From: Candidatus Poribacteria bacterium
Lineage (GTDB): Bacteria; Poribacteria; WGA-4E; WGA-3G
Assembly: GCA_965214095.1 (NCBI GenBank)
Contig: OZ243938.1
Coordinates: 2,720,001-2,784,000, forward strand
Direction of reading: 5' to 3'
Length of the DNA: 64,000 bases
Shown here piece after piece: positions 59,829 to 64,000 of the stretch (position 1 is its first letter; every line of letters starts with the position of its first letter). The notes under the pieces are model-generated. The model saw nothing but the letters and a program-made list of their open reading frames with translations. It did not search any database and was not told the DNA's origin. Both the position numbers and the translations under genes were made by a program.

Positions 59829-62800
59829 TCAACGTAAGATAGCAAGTTTTCCAATCTTTTCCACAGATCCTTTATTTGTATTGGCAATTACGCGATAAAG
59901 ATAGACACCGTTAGCACAACGTATTCCTATTTCATCTCTTCCATCCCAGAATGTTTCATTCGCACCGCGTTCTGCACTTGCCTCTGTAATAGTCTTGATA
60001 AGTCTACCGTTCACAGTGTAGATTTTTATTGTAACTTTATCTGGAGGTTGTAACAACTGATAAGTGAAATGCGTTTTCCCATCTTCTGTTGGATTCGGGA
60101 CGTTGAATACTTCACTAAGGTTGACTGCCTCATCAAGTGTGAAAGTTGTTTCGTATTCAGTGGTGTTTTCACTGGTATCCGTTGCCGTTACTTGTAGTCG
60201 ATAGATGCCGTTTTCCAGATTCGGTGCAAAACTGATGCTTGCGGTCCCAGGATCATCTTCATCAAAATCCCATTTAGCCTCATCAAATTCGCGATACCTA
60301 ATCGTTGTTTCACTCTCTGTCCCATCAGCGGATATCTGATTGAATGTTATGTTGAGAAGAGAATTGTCAAGTGCTGTTTCATCCGTAACACGAACTTCAC
60401 AGTACGGTTGCTCAATAATACGGTTCTTGTCTATATCTGTGGACGAGGCATCTGAGGCTTCAAGCAATTCATCATTTACAAGAATCTCAATAACAGGCGG
60501 CGAAACGTCGGGCATATCAACGACTGTGAATCGTGTTTTGAATATGCGTTCTTTGCCACCAATTGCATTATCATTAAAATCGATCGCTTCAATCTCAAAG
60601 GCGTATTCACCTGGAAATAAGATTGGTTTGTAGTCAATTGGAACAGTATTGACATCTTTTGGATTCCGAAGTGTGTAATCAGAGATAGGTTTTAGTGGTT
60701 TGCTGTTATCTCCCCTCCGAATGACCAACGTATCCAGATTAACACCGTTAACATCCTCAAGTAGAATAGAAATATGTGGACGAGGTGCAATGACGCTCCC
60801 CGCTTGTGGTTGAACACCGTCTACCCATAGATTAAATTCTGGTGGTTTATCATCATCACTACTAAGAAGTGTGAAAGGGGTCAGTTCAGTTGCTTCTGCT
60901 GTAATTGCTGCGACTTGTGCCGTACTAAATTTAATCTTGTCACCAAATTGGAATTCTTCCGAACTTGGTGAAACGAGTATCTCAAAGCCGAGTTGGCTAA
61001 CGTAGAACTCTTCATTGACTCTTTCTCCAGCGAGAGTTTCATTCGTTAAATAAATCTGGGACCCAGTACTGTCACGGAGTTCATAATACTGTTTGGATGT
61101 GAAAAAGAGGAACCAATCCCCGATGGCGAACTCTTGCCTGGGACCGATCCTTGCCTTGATTGTTGCCGTACCGTTGCCGACATTCTGATTTCTACTTTCT
61201 TTTAACACTGCAAGTTGATTTGAATAATCGGTCTCAAAGGCAAGGATATCTCCAAATTCAAATGGAACAGGAGGTGTGCCATTATCAAGCTCTGAGGGCG
61301 GCTCCCATTTGGAGGGGATAGTGAATTCAATACCGATATTTTCTTCGCGAAATGGGTGGTCAAGTTCTCCGCGTTTCTCAAATTTCTCATACAGGGTACC
61401 ATGTTTCTTCTTTAAATATACGTCATATTGAGTTGGATCTAAGAATAGGATTACCCAAGTGCCAGCTGGTGTCCGCAGTGGGTCAATTTTTATGTCGTCA
61501 ATCGGAAGTGTTTGTTTATTTGCGTTTTCTGTCTGAATAGGTGTAACGTAGTTTTCAAGTTTAAAAATTGGACCTTCTTCCTCAGGATTCGGCGTGCCGT
61601 TTTCAGCAATATAACTGACCTGTGAAGGCAGACGTCTCCATTTTTCATAAGTTGGATGCCATTGGTAAATCGCAAGTTTCTCTGCTTCTTCAATAATAGA
61701 AGCTCTAAAATCTTTACTACCCTCTCTCCACGGTGTGTTCTGTCTGACTATATCCTCTAAACTGGTATTATCAAATTTCAACTTAAGGGTAACCGGTTTT
61801 TTCAAGGTGACATCTGCCGCGCGAAAAGACACTTCATACTGTTGTGCATATTCATCACCCGTCCGGAGGAGACCTCTACGCACTGCAGCGACGCGTGGAA
61901 TTGTGGCAAAACTTAAGGATGGTTGTGTCAGAGCATACGGGGCACTTGATGATACAGTGAGCGGTACTCGATTCCCTTCTACCTCTGCAGAGGATGTCGG
62001 AAAATCAATGTCAAAGACTCTATCCAAACTAAATGCTGACAAAGGTTTTGACTGTTCATAGTAGAACTCATTTACAACAAAAGTGATGTGAAGTTTATTG
62101 TCATATTCGCTCGGTTCAGCAACATTTCCTGTGATGTCATCTTCGGTATCTACTTCTGGGTCAACCAATACATATATATCATGCACACCGGTTTCAAGAC
62201 TCTTGTCTAACTGTAATTTCACAGTAGTACGCTGCAGGACAGTATCACCATCCTCCCATTCATCAGGTTCAACAGTTACAGTCCCTAATATTTCTGCATC
62301 ATCGGCAACAATTAGAACGTTTGATTTATCAGGATTACCCTCTGTAAAAAGCACCTCAAAACCATCTTTGACTGTCCGACCACCATTGTTAATGAGTTCC
62401 GCTGTCAGAACGTATTTTTCAGTTTTTTCATCAAAAGTATAACGAATTGGTACTGTACTGGACCCATCAGCACCTATGGTGATGTTTGGTCCCTTGGGAA
62501 CATCAACATGAATTCGTCCAGTTGATGATGGATAATATACTTTTATGCCTTCAGTATCTGTAATGATGATTCGATATTTTATTTTGAAACTACCACGTGG
62601 TAATGGAATAGGTGTTTGGATTTCATACCACTGTCCACCGGGAAGTATTTCGTTGGTGCCTGGCGGTGGTGAGATTTTAACCATAGGTACAAATTTGTCC
62701 GCAGGGTTAACCGTATCAGACCACAGTACTTCAATTGAATTAATCCCTTTTGCCCCGCCTTGATCGTCATAGACAAGAGCTTGGATATTGAGAGTATGGG

Positions 62801-64000
62801 TGTTTATGGCATCCAATTCGTCCTGAACATCCCCAATAATTGGCGTATCCACCCAGAATTCACCACCACCAATAGCAGCCCGTTTATCATCATAAGCGAA
62901 CAACCTAACGACCCCTCTGCCGGGTAAGGCTTTAGGTGGAATATCCAACCGAATAGTTCCATATTCACCTTTCCAAATCTTGCTTTGAGTTCTTTGAGGC
63001 ACTTCATTTCCAAGCACGCTATCAAAGTGATTCTGGAATACTGCAGTAGCAAAGAAATGTCCCGTGTCAAACCCATCTGCTTTCCACCATGTCCCTTTAT
63101 TGTCGTAGACACCGACATCGTTGTTTAGAATGACAACCTGATTGTCAGAATTAAGTGCAAATGCTTCCAATTTGGTACGTATATCAAGGTTTGGGATTGC
63201 CAATCGTGTTGCTGGATCACCAAATAATATATATTGTTCGGTTCCAAGTGTATACCGAGAATTGTTGACGCGAGAGATGAAACTGATTTTGGCATCGTTG
63301 ACAATTTTACCGATAGTTGGAGAAATTGATGCAATCTCAGTTACTCCTTGCTTTGCTTCAAAAGGTTCCCGCACAAACATAGCAAGAAAAAGGTCATCAT
63401 CAAAATCTGCGTTTGCCTGTGCATAAGTTAATCGTGAGGCAGAAAGTGAAGCGATTGCCCCATATTTTCCAAGCAAAAATTGCTCACTAAGACAGTGTTT
63501 ACCAAATTCTTGAGGTTTATCAAATTGACCATTTAAGCAGGTCGTTGTAATAACAAATGGTAGATATCTATTGCGTAAAGCGACTGCATCCTGTAGTCGA
63601 AAAATACCTTCATCTGCCCATGTGCTGATTCCACCATGCCCAGCATATTCTACAATAAGTGCCCCATCGTTAAATCCTTTTTTGATGAGGGCACGAGTTT
63701 TTTCGGTTTTGTTAACACTATCTACCAATCGCAGATAGATAGGTATTGTGTTGTATCCTACAGGTATGATTTCTTGTATGAGTTTATTCCGTGTTTTCTC
63801 AAAAATATCATCGGAGGGATTGTCCAAATTGTCGTCCGCAACCTGGACTATAGTACCTTGCCACGGACCAATTTTAGGATTCTGTTCGTAGTCTATGATT
63901 TTCTTTACCATACTATCAAGATCAGACTCGGTTTGAGCTGCTAACCTGCCGATGAACATATCTGGCAGAGAATCATCGCCACTTATGTTGACAAATCTAT
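59829..64000 (-). CDS. peptidase C25 (gingipain/PorU-like) protein with C-terminal FlgD-Ig sorting domain; 5' end outside window
   Basis: IGRL, YAGHG, TCLNG, LFGDP; C-terminal NVPNP...WDGRD...NGVYLY. Confidence 0.85.
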   Translation of the reverse strand, partial: RFVNISGDDSLPDMFIGRLAAQTESDLDSMVKKIIDYEQNPKIGPWQGTIVQVADDNLDNPSDDIFEKTRNKLIQEIIPVGYNTIPIYLRLVDSVNKTEKTRALIKKGFNDGALIVEYAGHGGISTWADEGIFRLQDAVALRNRYLPFVITTTCLNGQFDKPQEFGKHCLSEQFLLGKYGAIASLSASRLTYAQANADFDDDLFLAMFVREPFEAKQGVTEIASISPTIGKIVNDAKISFISRVNNSRYTLGTEQYILFGDPATRLAIPNLDIRTKLEAFALNSDNQVVILNNDVGVYDNKGTWWKADGFDTGHFFATAVFQNHFDSVLGNEVPQRTQSKIWKGEYGTIRLDIPPKALPGRGVVRLFAYDDKRAAIGGGEFWVDTPIIGDVQDELDAINTHTLNIQALVYDDQGGAKGINSIEVLWSDTVNPADKFVPMVKISPPPGTNEILPGGQWYEIQTPIPLPRGSFKIKYRIIITDTEGIKVYYPSSTGRIHVDVPKGPNITIGADGSSTVPIRYTFDEKTEKYVLTAELINNGGRTVKDGFEVLFTEGNPDKSNVLIVADDAEILGTVTVEPDEWEDGDTVLQRTTVKLQLDKSLETGVHDIYVLVDPEVDTEDDITGNVAEPSEYDNKLHITFVVNEFYYEQSKPLSAFSLDRVFDIDFPTSSAEVEGNRVPLTVSSSAPYALTQPSLSFATIPRVAAVRRGLLRTGDEYAQQYEVSFRAADVTLKKPVTLKLKFDNTSLEDIVRQNTPWREGSKDFRASIIEEAEKLAIYQWHPTYEKWRRLPSQVSYIAENGTPNPEEEGPIFKLENYVTPIQTENANKQTLPIDDIKIDPLRTPAGTWVILFLDPTQYDVYLKKKHGTLYEKFEKRGELDHPFREENIGIEFTIPSKWEPPSELDNGTPPVPFEFGDILAFETDYSNQLAVLKESRNQNVGNGTATIKARIGPRQEFAIGDWFLFFTSKQYYELRDSTGSQIYLTNETLAGERVNEEFYVSQLGFEILVSPSSEEFQFGDKIKFSTAQVAAITAEATELTPFTLLSSDDDKPPEFNLWVDGVQPQAGSVIAPRPHISILLEDVNGVNLDTLVIRRGDNSKPLKPISDYTLRNPKDVNTVPIDYKPILFPGEYAFEIEAIDFNDNAIGGKERIFKTRFTVVDMPDVSPPVIEILVNDELLEASDASSTDIDKNRIIEQPYCEVRVTDETALDNSLLNITFNQISADGTESETTIRYREFDEAKWDFDEDDPGTASISFAPNLENGIYRLQVTATDTSENTTEYETTFTLDEAVNLSEVFNVPNPTEDGKTHFTYQLLQPPDKVTIKIYTVNGRLIKTITEASAERGANETFWDGRDEIGIRCANGVYLYRVIANTNKGSVEKIGKLAILR

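Noticed and set aside
1-64000. Genome-wide UGA reassignment (code 4/25)
   Set aside because: Many intact genes end in TGA at expected lengths (for example mqnE and the 17261 gene), and long ORFs are not fragmented.

Overview
This is an AT-rich bacterial chromosomal window, most likely Candidatus Poribacteria. That call is inferred from the WD40 proteins, a cohesin/dockerin/NYPNPFNPETWIPY protein, the 'PKGxLTTTWG' C-terminal motif, PhyH, sulfatase, Gfo/Idh/MocA paralogs and DUF1592/DUF1552. It holds about 45 genes, including trpS, argJ, mqnE/mqnA, iscS, nrdJ, an Mrp/ApbC protein and rnpB, plus three IS elements. Main highlights: (1) A hidden outer-membrane beta-barrel gene (43555-42440) has two in-frame TGA codons forming a U-x-x-U motif right after the signal peptide, followed by a well-placed SECIS-like hairpin. 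This makes it a candidate double-selenocysteine protein. A second in-frame TGA candidate lies at 26755. (2) An IS4-family element and a 171-bp MITE with the same ends each inserted into a GTAG-REP hairpin and duplicated the whole 20-bp hairpin. Uninterrupted paralogous sites for both are present in the window, and several different MITE-like shells carry REP/REPIN cargo. (3) An IS607 element encodes a pro-Fanzor-type TnpB whose reading frame stays open through almost all of tnpA. All calls were made by eye; no searches were run.
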